Assembly (NCBI GenBank): GCA_963702475.1
Contig: CAVPCT010000004.1
Coordinates: 64,001-128,000 of the forward strand
Length of the DNA: 64,000 bases
Direction of reading: 5' to 3'
Source of the DNA: an uncultured Thermoleophilia bacterium
GTDB taxonomy: Bacteria; Actinomycetota; Thermoleophilia; UBA2241
Position numbers and translations under genes: made by a program. The notes under the pieces are model-generated. The model saw only the letters and a program-made list of their open reading frames with translations. It was not told the DNA's origin and did not search any database. This document shows positions 63,883-64,000 of this stretch, piece after piece (positions within the stretch are counted from its first letter, which is position 1; each line of letters starts with the position of its first letter).

Positions 63883-64000
63883 TGCCGCCTCCCTTCGCGG
63901 CCCTGGCCTGTGCCGCCTCGGCCATCTCGCTCAGGGCCGTCACGAACTCCCTGCGCTCGGCGTGATGGATGAGGCCGACGGGGTACTCGTCGTGGCGCCG
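63875..64000 (-). CDS. C-terminus of a probable 2-oxoacid:ferredoxin oxidoreductase beta subunit (partial)
   Basis: Open frame RRHDEYPVGLIHHAERREF...GGGNG-stop overlapping the gamma start; identity inferred from position and the PVG..H..R.EF tail. Confidence 0.6.
   Translation of the reverse strand, partial: RRHDEYPVGLIHHAERREFVTALSEMAEAAQARAAKGGGNG

Overview
This is a GC-rich bacterial window (roughly 70% GC by eye). Gene content and codon style suggest an anaerobic actinobacterium, possibly Thermoleophilia-like, but that is inference. I found no rRNA, tRNA, CRISPR array or transposase. Many genes carry single-base indels, often in G/C runs, which look like long-read consensus errors. Almost the whole window is one catabolic neighbourhood. 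It has six pyrrolysine-free MttB-family methyltransferases, one pyrrolysine-free MtmB and one corrinoid protein. It has three histidine ammonia-lyase paralogues with different active-site signatures: one canonical, one with His->Cys in the specificity loop, and one lacking the MIO tripeptide like ergothionase. It also encodes divergent HutU and HutI, a formiminotransferase, two cyclodeaminases, a 2-hydroxyacid dehydrogenase-AcnX-LarA-M20 operon, a HisC-like aminotransferase, an odd enolase-superfamily enzyme, an Fe-S serine dehydratase, a Mo-hydroxylase, an AOR, a DszB-like protein, two Dpp/Opp ABC systems and kor/sucCD. A recurring GTCC-N8-GGAC palindrome in several intergenic regions suggests a regulon. 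The best hypothesis is an undescribed anaerobic system for catabolising N-methylated histidines or histidine betaines, with corrinoid demethylation and formimino transfer both feeding C1 units to tetrahydrofolate.
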